From NCBI GenBank assembly GCA_949358305.1, contig OX442314.1, positions 7,564,001 to 7,628,000 of the forward strand: a DNA stretch of 64,000 nucleotides, in the 5' to 3' direction. Positions 1 to 11,903 of the stretch are shown here, one piece after another; position 1 is the stretch's first letter, and every line of letters begins with the position of its first letter. A program made the translations under genes and the position numbers. The notes beneath the pieces are model-generated. The model saw nothing but the letters and a program-made list of their open reading frames with translations. It was not told the origin of the DNA and did not search any database. Source of the stretch: Strigamia acuminata. Lineage: Eukaryota.

Positions 1-1
1 G

Positions 2-1039
2 GTCGCAGGTGGACCATATACGGGGTCCAGGCTGCGAGGTCCCCATCACCACGTAAGGCAGGACATTTTCATTCCACGGTGAGATTTTCTCACGAATTTT
101 CCACCCGGAACAATTCGGGCACAGCATTGCGTGACATCCTTGCACGATTCCTATCGCCCAGCCTCCGCCATTGCAAAACGGGCACGTAACCTCCACACGT
201 TCATCGTAAGGGAGACGACATTTGGGAAGAATGACGTTAACGGCCTTCTCCACGATTTCTCTGCGCTCTGCTTTGGTGCCCTCGATTGGTGCGGCCTTCT
301 TCAGTTCCTTTACGATTGCGGCTGTGGCTGCGTCCAGTTTTTCTTTAGGGAGGATCGGCGTGGTTTTGGCTGGAACTGGCTTTGCTGCTGCTTTCGTCTC
401 TCTCTTTTTCTGAGTGACATGGCTGCTGCGATACTGGGTCGGTCGATATTCCGTCCAGTTGGAACTCGTATTGGTTCGAGCTGGCTTTTGCGACGAGTAA
501 TGATAGACCACTCGTGGCTGTTCAGTCAACGGACGTGGTGGTTCATTCTCAGAATGGAAATGCGGACGGTACGGGTGATTGCTAGTACGAACAGAGCGGC
601 TGCTTCTCTCTCTGGAGTGCGAGGACTGAGACGCAGAAGTGGAAGGCCGATTCCAGGACTCGTCTCCAATCGTGACTTGAAGCGTGTTTTCCTTTGAGGA
701 CGTTCCCGAAGCTTCCGCTGACTTCACTAACTTCTTCAGATAGTCGGGCAGTTCTTTTCCCCTTGCTTTGGCCCAATCCATTATGGCCTGAGCACATTCT
801 CTGCCGGAAGAATAGGTTCCCGCTGACTCTGCAGACTTTAACAATTTCCTCAGGTAGTCGGGTAACTCCTTTCCTCGTGCCTTGGCCCAGTCCAATACAG
901 CTTGAAAGCCATCAGACCTTGAAGTCTCTTCGTTTCGGGGCGGCCTACCGCGGTCAGGACTTGAATCGCCTGACGTCGACGAGTGATCGTAATGGACGTG
1001 GCGACGTTTATTTGGTGACCTACGTGGCCCTCGATCCTT
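2..1039 (-). CDS. Element A ORF3 (partial, runs off window start): Ser/Arg-rich N-terminus, duplicated DWAKARGKELPDYL motif, CxxC zinc-finger-like domain
   Basis: Hand translation gives a stop-free frame from 1060 to the window start: KDRGPRRSPNKRRH...CPFCNGGGWAIG...CPNCSGWK...PWNENVLPYVVMG...WSTCD. It aligns with ORF 60825-62342. Acceptor-like TTTCTCGAATTTAG ends at 1042; first in-frame ATG at 781. Confidence 0.85.
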
Positions 1040-2405
1040 TCCTAAATTCGAGAAATCACATCAAATGAATTAAAGTTATCGAAAAATAACCTAATCCAGA
1101 TGAATCGCCGATACTTAATATATTTATCGTGACATAAACATATAAATACCAACAAGTCACCAATAATTAATGCCTTTATTGTAAAATAAATGTATTAATT
1201 CAAATAAACCGCTAACATTCTAATATATTTATCGTGGAATAAATATATTAAGTCCTCCTTCCTGGATATTCTCTTTAAAGAGATTGGAATATTAAATAGG
1301 GGAGTAAGGTGAGTTACTCCGTCTATATTCTGACCGTCATTATTGCGAAACACTGAACAATCAAATATTTTTAAACGGTTGAGTTTAAATATTTAAATCG
1401 AACATAGAACATCTCAATTTACGTATTTTCCTTTTCGGAAAGGTCCGTAATATGATAAATATTGTCCTTTAACCGACTAATAAATTTAACAATTTAATTT
1501 AATCGATTAAAAGACGATAATTCAGATACTGGATTCCTGATACGTGTTCAAAGGGTGGCGAACACCCTCTAGTGAGAACTTCCTGTACTTTATAACATGA
1601 CTTGGCGAGTTTTATCTTTCTAGATAACTTCTCGAGTTAATGGCGGTGTATTTGAATATTTTATCATACAAAAATAACACTTTACCACTCATTGTTGAAT
1701 CTTTGCTCGTAAATCCGTGGAAAAATTGACGTTTTCTTTGCTGACGTAATTAATGTTGTCCGTACGAAATTTCCTATTAAAATTCGGTTAAATTTTAAAA
1801 CTCCGGAAATATTAATTAAATTTATCGTTGAATAAATTTAACTTACGAAAAAACCTCGTTGTTTGTCCAAACAAGAGCGTTTATTAACGTCCGGTGTCGG
1901 TGACTGTCGAATAAATTCGACGAGACGAAGTTTTCCGGGCCTAAACCCACGTGGTTTAGCTACGAAGTTTGGGCAAACCTCTTAACTAAAATAAAACCGA
2001 ATAAAAGTTGTCTTTTTCGAGACTCGTGTAAATTAGTTCACTCACAATTTACCCGATTTTTCGCGTTGACAGAAAACTTCACGAGATGACCAATTGTTAA
2101 GCGATGTGTCAGCTGTAGTGGAACTAACGAGAGTGAGTTCACAGGTCAACCTCAAAGCAGGTGTCTATTTTTTAGACCGAGCTCTGTGATTGGTTGATGA
2201 CTCATTTACACTATCTTGTTTTAAAAATAGCATGGATGAGTCGTCTCTTCAAAGTAGAGGTGTGCATGTTTCGTGAAATAAATATTCTTTTCGGAAATAC
2301 TTATTTCTTGCATTTTTTGCACGAAATCATCGCTAAATTGTCGATTAGGCTTAGGAGTTCGTTTAGAACGTCTTTCAGCCCGTAATAATTTTTTATTTCT
2401 TCTCT

Positions 2406-5400
2406 TTATATGTTCAAGTTCGTTATTTTCGATAACTCCCTCAACGACTTCGTCCGGGGGTTGGAGAATATCGTTTTCGACGGTATCCTCCGTTTCCATG
2501 GGGACAACCTCTTCTTCTGTCTGTTGCGAGACAGGGAAGTGTTCGTCCATCCAATTTGGGGTTGGATGAATCCCTTCACTGCCTTCAGTTTGGTGATATA
2601 AGGTGACAAATCCTGGATATTAATTGATTTCTCAATTGATCCGTCAGCAACTTTTCGTAATGAATACGAGCCTCCTTTTAATACTGCTGTGATTTCCCAG
2701 GGGCCGTCTCGCTTTTCGGCGAAACCAGCGGTGATTCCCTTTTCTTTATTTGACAGTATATGTGTAGCTTTCCAGACTAGATCGCCAACAGCATACTGAC
2801 AAATATGATATTTGTTGCGGTGAATCTTGTCATGTCGGACATAATTCTCCTGGATTTTCCGGTGCATTTCTTGATGTGCTCTTCTAAGCACATCCAGAAT
2901 GCCATGTACGTATTCTTCGGGTTTGTTCTTATCGAACTTTACCCCGTGTTCCACCATACGTGGATCGAATGGTAGTGGTACCGTTCTTCCCGTGTTCAGC
3001 ATCATCGGGCTGAATCCGGTTGCATCCGAGATGGCCGTTCTCGTGGCAAACGCGAATTCGTTCAAGGTTCGTGGCCAGTGAGAGTGCACATCAGAATAAA
3101 TTGCCAGCATCATCTTCAAGTCACGGTTAGCCCTTTCTGTCGGGTTAGCCGAGGCATGATAGGGGCTGACATGTGCCATGTCTATGTGATGTTTTTTACA
3201 AAAATCACTATAGACAGTAGACACGAATTGTCTTCCATTATCCGACAATATCTTTTTGGGGTAGCCCCAGCGATGAAAAACGTCACTCATCTTGTTGACA
3301 ATGCTCTCGCTAGAGGCCTTTGTCAACGCGAATACTTCAACCCATTTGGTGCAATGGTCTATTATCACTAATATCCATTGTAACTTCGATCGACCAGCGG
3401 GCTTGGGGCCCATCAAGTCGATACTCACGGTTTCCCATGGATTCGTCATATTATGCGGCGTGTAAGCCGCTCGATGTTTTCGGTGCTGGCTTGGCTTGTA
3501 CTGCTGGCAATGCGGGCAACCACGGACATAGTTGCGCGTATCTCTAGTCATCTTTGGCCAATAATAAATGAGCTTTGCTCTTTCCAGAGTCTTGCTCATT
3601 CCTGCATGTCCACAAAGGGGGTGACCGTGACAGGCAAATAAAGCTCTTCTTACAAGAGATTTAGGAATCACGGCCTTAAATCCATTTCCGGAGTCGTTCA
3701 ACTCCTCTTCAAAGGTGGGACGGAAGAAAATGAGCATTTTACTACCGTCCTCCCCACTTTCATCCAAACAGTATCCAGCTATGGTATTTAGCCAGTCTAG
3801 ATCTGTCTCTAATTCTTGATCTTCCTCACTTAACTTCAAGTGGGCCATAATCTTTTTACAATCATCATCCAATAATTGTTCTGCGATTATTTCGGCTCGG
3901 GTTGGGGGAACTTGATTTAGTACATCGGTTAATGCACTAAATACTGTTGTTTGATGTTTCGTTTTGCCTTTCTCATTCACTTCCCCCTTTTCTCCAGAAT
4001 TATTTGAATTTTCTTCATTTAATTCGGAGAAATCGTTAAAACGAACATTCACATTTGTTAGAAAGTGACGTCGTCCTTCTACTGGAATGACTTGAGTCTT
4101 CTTATTACCGGTCCATAGAGGATAGAATTGGTTAATTTCTACCGGCTCTATGTAATCGGTAATAGGCGTATCCATTGCAGATAACGGCGCTCTTGATAGA
4201 GCGTCGGCTACCTGGTTCAGGGCGCCTTTTCTGAACACAATCTTGAATGCTCCGCACTGGATTTTCACTGCCCAGCGACCAAATCGGCCGGATGGTTCTG
4301 GCGTTCTCATTAGCCAGCCTAACGCTTGCGCATCCGACTCCAGCGTGAACGTCGTGTATTCCAAGTATGGGCGGAAGCGATCAACTGCCCACACAACTGC
4401 CAAACATTCCAGTTCGGGAGTGGAATAACGTTCTTCAGCCCCTCGTAAAACTCGGCTCGCATAAGCAACGGGTTTTGGGACCATCATCATTTTCTGTGTT
4501 TTTTCGTTAAACACTTCGACATCCTGGCAGAGGACTGCACCGAGCCCTGTATGGGACGCGTCAGTCATTACTACCATAGGTTTTGACATATCGGGCATAT
4601 GTAAAACTTGTTTTTTATCGCACAAAATCTCTTTGATTTTCTCAAATGCGTCTATCTGTTCCTTACCCCACACAAAAGCAGCATTTTTATGCATGATTGA
4701 GGTGAGTGGTCTAGCGATATCCGCATGATTAGGAATAAACTTCCTAAAGAAATTGGACAGACCATGAAACCTCTGTATATCCTTTGAACAGGTGGGTTCG
4801 GGGAATTCCTTGACGGACTTGATTTTGTCTGGGTCAGCATTCAAACCTTCCGGTGTGATATAATGACCCAAGAATTTTAGTGAGGTTCTTCCAAATTTTG
4901 ATTTGGCCTTGTTGATTGTTAAATTAGCTTTTTGGAGCTTTTCTAACACGTCCTTTATGTGGTCCAAGTGTTCTTTCCAGGAGTGGGAGAAGATGATCAA
5001 ATCGTCCAAGTAGACGAGGACATGCTTATGCAGCGAGTCACCCATCACTCGGCTCATCAAGTTCTGGAAAGAACAAGGAGCATTGCAAAGACCAAAGGGC
5101 ATCCTTTTAAATTGATAGTTTCCCTTTGGTGTGTAGAAGGCAGTTTTACAACGATCCTCCTCTTGCATCTCCATTTGATGATATCCCTGTGTTAGATCTA
5201 ATGATGTGAAATACTTGGCCTTATTCGTACTGTGGATCAACAGGTCGATACTAGGCATTTGTATTGTGTCGAGTTCCGTAATTGCATTAAGCCAACGATA
5301 ATCGATGCAGAGTCGATATTTGCCATTGGGCTTAGCTACAATCACGGGATGGCTGATGTACGGGCCAGTTGCAGGCTCGATTAGACCATCGGCCTCCAAC

Positions 5401-6455
5401 TCCTCGACTAATTCCGTCATTATGGCCTTCTTGGCCGGGTTGTACATTCGATAAGGTTGGACTCGCCATTTCGCATCTTTTTTCAAAGTGATTTTATGCT
5501 TGGCTAAGTTGGTGCAACCTACTTTGTCCCTAAAAACGTCTTTTATTGCTAAAATGACAGCTTTTAGTTGGTCCTTACGTTCGTCCGTACTATCACAGTC
5601 TGTGACAAGCTTTTCAGCCCAATCAGCAGGCGTGTGAGTCTCGGCGCCATTAGCATCGAGTGTACGGATACGTGCCAATTCACAGTCTGACTCTCTAGTT
5701 TCATAGGGAGCTGACCATCCAGGCATGGAATCGCATGTGAATGATCCTCTTTTCGCTCTTAGATCGATTCCGGCGCGTCGCATGAAGTTGTGGCCAATGA
5801 TAAGATCACATACTCCATGTTTCAGGATAATAAAGTTGATTGGTGTATATTTTAGTCCGCCTGCCCACTTGACACAAAGTGTAATTTGTCCAAGTGGTAC
5901 GTGACTAATTCCTACTGCACAAACTCGCATTCCCCGAGGACATTCTTGTATATAATCGGGTTCTGCGTTGGTTTGAGATAGAAGTTGCATTCCAATGAAA
6001 CACTGGGTTGCACCAGAGTCCATTAGAGCATTGAACTTCAAACCTCCAATCTGAACTCTCATACGAGGGTCGTCAGAATGTCGGGCGGTCAGTGTTTTCA
6101 CGAATGCCGTAACTCCGCGTTGATCTAAACGTCGGAGGTTACTGAATTTCTTCACATTCCACTTTCCACCGTGGTTGAAGATGCTGAGTCCCTCCAATTG
6201 TTTCGTCATTGCGTCGAATCCTTCCATCACGCCGCCAGTGTTACTGTTGGCGTGCTCTGCTGTAGGAATTAAATCAAGGTTCAAGTCGTCCCACTTGAAT
6301 AGTTCCTTATTTAATTTGGTTGCAAGTACAATTGGTGGGGGTTTCTGATCCTTTCCAGATAATTCAAATAAATCATCTGAAAATTCCGAGAAATCGAATG
6401 GGTCTGTTTTAATGGGGGCTGAAATGGTTGGTTCAACCCCCTCTAACAGTTTTTT
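2406..6455 (-). CDS. pol: Element A Pol (protease, RT, RNase H, integrase), reached by -1 frameshift
   Basis: LMDSGA protease, YLDD RT, TDAS RNase H, GHAG...CPHC zinc motif, DLMGP/SDNG/ERANR integrase core. The frame is -1 to gag. Confidence 0.95.
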   Translation of the reverse strand, partial: KKLLEGVEPTISAPIKTDPFDFSEFSDDLFELSGKDQKPPPIVLATKLNKELFKWDDLNLDLIPTAEHANSNTGGVMEGFDAMTKQLEGLSIFNHGGKWNVKKFSNLRRLDQRGVTAFVKTLTARHSDDPRMRVQIGGLKFNALMDSGATQCFIGMQLLSQTNAEPDYIQECPRGMRVCAVGISHVPLGQITLCVKWAGGLKYTPINFIILKHGVCDLIIGHNFMRRAGIDLRAKRGSFTCDSMPGWSAPYETRESDCELARIRTLDANGAETHTPADWAEKLVTDCDSTDERKDQLKAVILAIKDVFRDKVGCTNLAKHKITLKKDAKWRVQPYRMYNPAKKAIMTELVEELEADGLIEPATGPYISHPVIVAKPNGKYRLCIDYRWLNAITELDTIQMPSIDLLIHSTNKAKYFTSLDLTQGYHQMEMQEEDRCKTAFYTPKGNYQFKRMPFGLCNAPCSFQNLMSRVMGDSLHKHVLVYLDDLIIFSHSWKEHLDHIKDVLEKLQKANLTINKAKSKFGRTSLKFLGHYITPEGLNADPDKIKSVKEFPEPTCSKDIQRFHGLSNFFRKFIPNHADIARPLTSIMHKNAAFVWGKEQIDAFEKIKEILCDKKQVLHMPDMSKPMVVMTDASHTGLGAVLCQDVEVFNEKTQKMMMVPKPVAYASRVLRGAEERYSTPELECLAVVWAVDRFRPYLEYTTFTLESDAQALGWLMRTPEPSGRFGRWAVKIQCGAFKIVFRKGALNQVADALSRAPLSAMDTPITDYIEPVEINQFYPLWTGNKKTQVIPVEGRRHFLTNVNVRFNDFSELNEENSNNSGEKGEVNEKGKTKHQTTVFSALTDVLNQVPPTRAEIIAEQLLDDDCKKIMAHLKLSEEDQELETDLDWLNTIAGYCLDESGEDGSKMLIFFRPTFEEELNDSGNGFKAVIPKSLVRRALFACHGHPLCGHAGMSKTLERAKLIYYWPKMTRDTRNYVRGCPHCQQYKPSQHRKHRAAYTPHNMTNPWETVSIDLMGPKPAGRSKLQWILVIIDHCTKWVEVFALTKASSESIVNKMSDVFHRWGYPKKILSDNGRQFVSTVYSDFCKKHHIDMAHVSPYHASANPTERANRDLKMMLAIYSDVHSHWPRTLNEFAFATRTAISDATGFSPMMLNTGRTVPLPFDPRMVEHGVKFDKNKPEEYVHGILDVLRRAHQEMHRKIQENYVRHDKIHRNKYHICQYAVGDLVWKATHILSNKEKGITAGFAEKRDGPWEITAVLKGGSYSLRKVADGSIEKSINIQDLSPYITKLKAVKGFIQPQIGWTNTSLSRNRQKKRLSPWKRRIPSKTIFSNPRTKSLRELSKITNLNI
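6419..6455 (-). promoter_or_regulatory. -1 ribosomal frameshift signal, element A
   Basis: A AAA AAC heptamer (6455-6449) followed by a GGGGGTTGAA...TTCAGCCCCC hairpin. Confidence 0.8.
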
Positions 6456-8734
6456 GACTCCTCTGTTTTTTCTGTCGAGCTTGTAGGAGCTTTCAAGAAT
6501 TTTGTAAGCAGATCGGTAACTGAGCTGTGAAGAGACTTTTGAAGAGACGACTGCAATGTTGATTGTAAATCGCCTAGTTTCTTGTCTAGAAGTTCGGTCG
6601 TAACCCAGTTAGGTCTAGGCCGTTTTACATCATCGGGCGTAGCTTGTGAGCTCGCCGGACGTTTATTCGCGGGATCTGCTTTATTCTTATTTAGCCATTT
6701 CGGGCATTCCCGTTTGAAGTGCCCTGTTTCATGACAGTAAAAACACTTCCCGGACTTGGTCTCCATGTGGTTAATATAGATGGTCTCCATCGATTCTTCG
6801 TCTCCGCTTTCAACTTCAATGTCACTTTCCACTTGGGTAATTGGTTCATAACCGACAGTGGAACTCTTGAGTGATGGTCTAGATGCGAATTTGTTATCTT
6901 TTGCCTTTGTCGAGGCATTGGATGCTGGGAATTCGCTGTTGTCAAACTCGAGACGCGCAGAATGTTGCTTTTTGTTTTCAAACATACAGCGATGTTTTCC
7001 CACGAAATAAATGATTTCTTCAACTGTACTTTCACCGTACAGGTCCTTGTTCATCAATAACATAAAGCTTTCATCAGTTACATTATCGAACAGGTGGTCT
7101 ATACCTTCTCTACTTCCGGGTGCAATCTTCCCTTGCGCTTTGGAAAAACGCAACAGAAAATCATATAAGCTTTCGTCAGCTCTCTGGATTACATTTTTCA
7201 GTCGTCTTGCTCGCGTGAGCGGGACGAGATCAAAACGTCTTAGAAAAGCGTCCTCGAAAATTTCCCAACTTGTGAAACGTCGTTTCTCTTGCCTGAACCA
7301 TGTTTGCGCATGGCCCAGTAAATAACCTGGAATGATTTCATGTACCATATTGTCTAATGTTATTTCTCGTAACATTGAAACTGATTTCACGACTTCCAAA
7401 AATCTGGACACGTCTTCCTGCTTTCCTTCAAAAGCTGGAATTTCTATTCCTTTACAGATGAATTTCCTATTTGGTTGTGGTTGCGATTGGGTATTTCGCA
7501 CATTTCCCGACAATCTCTGAACTAGTAAGTTCATGTCGTCTTGCGACAGAGTGGGGGCAGTGCTACTCGCACTGTTTCCCCTCCGTGGCGGTGGAGAATC
7601 TGAACGTTGAAAATAACTGGGAGGGAGCAAGTTAGGATTATCGGTGTGATGTCCCCCTTGCCCTCCTTGTCCCCCTTGTCCCCCTGGCTGGGGTGGACGG
7701 GGCTCATTTCTTCGACTCCCCCTTGCAGGAGGTGGCGAATATGAGCGTTGAAACTCATCTGGTCGTGGTGGCGAGGAATGACGGAATCTCCCCTGGCTGG
7801 GGGAGTTATAACCGTGATTCGTCCGATAATCTTCGTAATTTGGCCGAAATTCCTCATACCCTATTTGAGCACGGGGAATAATTGGCGACGGCGACTTCTC
7901 CCGACGCAAGGCAGGCAAGTTCGGCCTTCTTCGCGGTGACTCGAAATGTGTATGAGGTTGAATTGGATTTGGGTCCACATCTCGTACTTCGTCGCGAACT
8001 CGTTGTTGGAAGCGTTCGATCGGATCGGCCGGAAATTTTCTAGTCGGAAATTCCTGCTGCGCCCCGTAATCAACAGGGGTTTTCAACGTTGAGGTTTGAT
8101 CCCTAATTTCTTGTTGGAAACGTCGTATGGCTTCGGAGGGATGCTTAGGTGGATAAGCAACTCTCCTCGGCGGAATTTCCTGTTCCAACACTAGCGGGAG
8201 TGCAGGAATAGGCTGTTGGTTACGCCGTTCAGGGACAATGGCCTGCGACTCGCTCGCGACTTTGTCCACTACAGACGGTCGTTGTACGTTGTCCGTACGT
8301 TCAACCAGTAGGAGTTCATCTGACTTTGGAGTCGATGCACGTGGTTCTGTCGTTTGTTCCTTACTTGGAGAAGTAGGGTTAACGACTCGTAATGGAGGTG
8401 GAGCGGGTGGCGGGTCACGCGACTTCTCGTAAGTTGCCGGCGGCCCTCCGTTGATGCCTCCGCGGTTCAGTTCCAACTCGTCCGCTGATCGGCCGGAACG
8501 GTCGGACGAACCTCCCGGCTGTTGATTGCGAGCCATATACTGTTTGGCTTCGGTCAGCGAACCGAAGAAACGTACATCTAAATTGAAGTGGCGACAATAC
8601 GCCCGCAAATCCTCGTCGGCGTCGTACTGCGTGCTTTCCTCCGTTATAGGAGTAAGCTGGTTCCGCGATTGATTCTCGTCCTCCTGATCTCTCGTTTGAT
8701 TCAGGGTGTCGAATAAATTACGATGATGTGTCAT
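6443..8734 (-). CDS. gag: Element A Gag
   Basis: Capsid-like region (LLGHAQTWF, SWEIFEDAFLRRF) and CFYCHETGHFKREC knuckle. Likely start ATG 8734 (MTHH). Confidence 0.92.
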   Translation of the reverse strand: MTHHRNLFDTLNQTRDQEDENQSRNQLTPITEESTQYDADEDLRAYCRHFNLDVRFFGSLTEAKQYMARNQQPGGSSDRSGRSADELELNRGGINGGPPATYEKSRDPPPAPPPLRVVNPTSPSKEQTTEPRASTPKSDELLLVERTDNVQRPSVVDKVASESQAIVPERRNQQPIPALPLVLEQEIPPRRVAYPPKHPSEAIRRFQQEIRDQTSTLKTPVDYGAQQEFPTRKFPADPIERFQQRVRDEVRDVDPNPIQPHTHFESPRRRPNLPALRREKSPSPIIPRAQIGYEEFRPNYEDYRTNHGYNSPSQGRFRHSSPPRPDEFQRSYSPPPARGSRRNEPRPPQPGGQGGQGGQGGHHTDNPNLLPPSYFQRSDSPPPRRGNSASSTAPTLSQDDMNLLVQRLSGNVRNTQSQPQPNRKFICKGIEIPAFEGKQEDVSRFLEVVKSVSMLREITLDNMVHEIIPGYLLGHAQTWFRQEKRRFTSWEIFEDAFLRRFDLVPLTRARRLKNVIQRADESLYDFLLRFSKAQGKIAPGSREGIDHLFDNVTDESFMLLMNKDLYGESTVEEIIYFVGKHRCMFENKKQHSARLEFDNSEFPASNASTKAKDNKFASRPSLKSSTVGYEPITQVESDIEVESGDEESMETIYINHMETKSGKCFYCHETGHFKRECPKWLNKNKADPANKRPASSQATPDDVKRPRPNWVTTELLDKKLGDLQSTLQSSLQKSLHSSVTDLLTKFLKAPTSSTEKTEESKNC

Positions 8735-10184
8735 GATATTTTTGTTCAAAAATATGAAAACACAAAGTGAAAAGTTGAAAAATTGGCGATAGATTCGGTG
8801 TGAGATTACGTACCGTTTAGTACGTAACCGACAAAATCGAACAACAACAAAAATTGGCGATAGGTTCGGTGTTAAAACATGTACTGTGGGGTACACGAAA
8901 AACAACAAGAAAATAACGCCCAAAAAATAGATTAGAGTACTGAGGATTTTAATACAACAACTAGCGCGGAGAAACAGTCACGCCTAAATTAAAACTAGAG
9001 AAAGAATAGTACAACTGATTCTTTAAACTTGGTGTGGGCAAAACACACTTAAACTACAAAAATGAAATACACTTTTTATACTAAACTAGCGCTTAGGAAG
9101 GTGCGCTTTAAACTACAATGTTTTAACAAAATTACACTTAACTTTACGGCTTTTCGGATGCAAAATGGTCCAAACGAACAAGGTGGTCACGGTCCAAAAT
9201 GGTGGTCAAGAGACGTCCAGTCAGTGTGGATGCAAGAATGCAAGTGGTCTTCACACTTCCCAAAAAATGAATTTTGGGGGTTAATCCGTTCAGTGGGATT
9301 GGACGAATGAAAAAATGACACATTTGACGTGTGTCACTCATTCATCACCCAACAATGCATTTCCTTTTCTGGATATGCCACCCACTGAGTTTTGGTCCAA
9401 ATTCTTTTTCGAGAATTTGAACTTTGCCATTCTTGTCAGCAAGATTAACCTGTTTTTTAAGACAAGTCAAAATCGCCCATTCTCCACAGCTGCTTGACAA
9501 TCTCCAGTCTCTTTGTAAAGAGAAAATTGTTTTTATTTCTTTTTCGGGAAATAATCACAAAATACTACCATTAGCCACATTTTTGGTGAGAAAATATGAC
9601 TTTTTCAGACTACCATCCAAGTGTCGTTAACTTTTCGTTCAAAAAGTTAAAGTTCAAGCATTTTGATTAGAAATAACTTAAACAATGGACAGCATCGTAA
9701 ATTCTTCTAGTTGTAGAAACTTCTGTTTGTTTGTCGAGAATCAAAACTTTTTATTCAAAAGAAATGATCCAACAAACGTCTGGCACATTTATTTATATTT
9801 TTCGCGAAATAATAAATAACGTACGGTAGTCTACTTGTTACACATTCTTGTGAGGAAAATGCAACTAGACTCGGGAAACAATGTTCAATCAATATTTCGA
9901 TTAAAATATTAACAACACTGTGAAATTTGTAATTATATTTTTCTTTTTCGAGAGAAAATACAACAAACAAATCAATAATCGTAATTTTCTCGTTAAAGAA
10001 AATCACAACACGAACAAAACGGTTATAAATTTCTTTTTTAAGAAAATTTACAACGCGGACATTTAGTCATAATTTTCTGGTTAGAAAAAATACAACTCAG
10101 CCATAATTTTCTTGGTAAAGAAAAATTACAACAAAAATGTCAAAATTCAAAATTTTACCTAAGTTCACTTTTAGCTTGCAACCT

Positions 10185-10202
10185 ATCTCGGTAGAACCTC
10201 CA
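10185..10202 (-). promoter_or_regulatory. Primer-binding site, tRNA-Gln (element A)
   Basis: TGGAGGTTCTACCGAGAT, 2 nt after the LTR end TCACA; identical to the PBS of element F. Confidence 0.85.
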
Positions 10203-10204
10203 CG

Positions 10205-11903
10205 TGTGACGATGACCTTTCGATGACGCTATCCGCTCAAAATGTGTATTTTGGCATAACAAGCAAGTCTATCAATTCTAGTAGTTGAGAGATAAGTTAA
10301 CAAACCTAAAGTGTGAACTGGGTAAAATAATGACACATGCGGTTATCAAGACATAACATATTTATTGATATATAAATATAATCACCGTAAAGTGATTATA
10401 TTAATCAATTTGCATAAACTATAGTTACACAATAACTATGCCGACAAATGGCCAAAGGAATTCTCGATTAAACTATACATATAGTTGCCTGTGCGGCGCT
10501 ATAATAATATCAATCGGCTTCGTCCTGGTAAGATGTCGTCTGAATCGGTCGATTATTTGGTCCTGGTTCGAATCTGTAATGAAAGGGTTAGTATCCGAGG
10601 ACTTCCGGTTGACTGTATCTGCATCGCCACAAACTTGGGGCGGTTATTGGTTTAAATGGCTTGTGAGAGCCATTTACCAATTGACCTCTTATAAATGTTT
10701 TAAGACATATATAATTGGTGTGATACGTCAAATGGTTCTTCATACGAGAGTAAACTGTTGTAAGTTTACAATCATAACTTCTGGTTCCGTGTAATGGATG
10801 TATTTATTAGAGTATTACTTTTCAGTAAATACTCGTAATAATTCTGCTTACGTAAAGTTGGCAATTTAGCTACACATTTACTGGCAAGTAGATGCTAATG
10901 TAGCTAGTCTTCAGTTTTGTACAGTTCTGGAAGAAGTATCCGTGTTTATGCACAATGTTGAGTTGTGACATAAACTAGCTGGGGATTTAATCTAACTAAA
11001 CTTTTCCGAGTTTAGTTATTTCAACCCTAATGTTACATTTTCGACACGCTGTTCGGCAGCCGTGGTTTACTGTAACTGGCAGGCCTTGTGGAACACTTGT
11101 TGAATTATATCCGGCCCGACGGGATTCTTACTACTCATCGCCGCGACCTGATCTCCTCACGGCCACACAGCCGTCATCGGGCACCCGGACATGGAGGCAT
11201 CATATCACCCATCTCCACGTCAAGTGTACGCCGTATGTAGGTTGTCATAGGCCCGCAGTATAAGGGGCATTGACTGCGCAATCAACAGACAAGCAAGTGT
11301 CTGCGCAATCAACATGACAACCGGAGTAGTAGAAAGGGCTCAAGAAAACATATAGTCAAATATCTGGTCAAGAGCGAGCTACTTCCTGTTGCGAGGAAGT
11401 ATATACTCGGGGAAAACAATAGCTTGGCCACTGCTCCAATGAGAGCAATGGTCCTGCAAATCCCCCCAATCACTGGTCACCGTGATGGGATACTCAGAGC
11501 ACATTTCCAGTCCAGGTGGTCAACAGGAACTGGATACTCAGGCCATAGCTCTCTGCTAGGTCGGGACAGGAACTGGATAGCGAGGAACACTTTTGGATTA
11601 AGTCTTTCAACTTGATCCGCGGGGGTCCACGCTTGGAGCAGGTGTGAGGGGGAGATTTAATCCCCTAAACCTAGTTTTTGAGGTAACTTTGCAGAGTTAC
11701 CACAAAACAACATAATATCTGTATTTATTTCCATAAATATAAGATAAAGTCGACTCTCTGCCTTAAAATCACATAAAAGTTATATTTTATGTGACTTTAC
11801 ATCAAGTGACAAATTCTATTCGAATTTGCCGCTTATGGACGTCAGCGCCATCTATCGGTGGGATTTGGCATGATATCGCGTAAACAATACCGTGTTCGTC
11901 ATA
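10205..11903 (-). repeat. Element A 5' LTR (~1.7 kb)
   Basis: Ends TCGTCACA next to the PBS. Starts TATGACGA, probably a mutated TGTGACGA. Shares ATAGATGGCGCTG near its start with the F LTR; TATA-like GTATATA at about 11400-11406. The outer boundary is inferred. Confidence 0.75.

Larger units (their letters stand above)
1..11903 (-). mobile_element. Element A: Ty3/Gypsy LTR retrotransposon, Osvaldo-like, gag-pol-ORF3; 3' end outside window
   Basis: 5' LTR 10205-11903, tRNA-Gln PBS, gag with CCHC knuckle, PR-RT-RH-IN pol. Integrase tail LVWKATHILS...AEKRDGPW resembles the Osvaldo/Ulysses group. Clearly homologous to element F. Confidence 0.92.

Noticed and set aside
131..1068. Plus-strand ORFs 131-697 and 694-1068
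   Set aside because: They are antisense shadows of the minus-strand ORF3, which is supported by homology to F ORF3.
9144..9341. Upstream ORF in the A leader, with a short GTGACCAC...TTCGTTTG match to the F leader (about 53243-53265)
   Set aside because: The reading frame is not conserved between the two elements and the match is too short to interpret.
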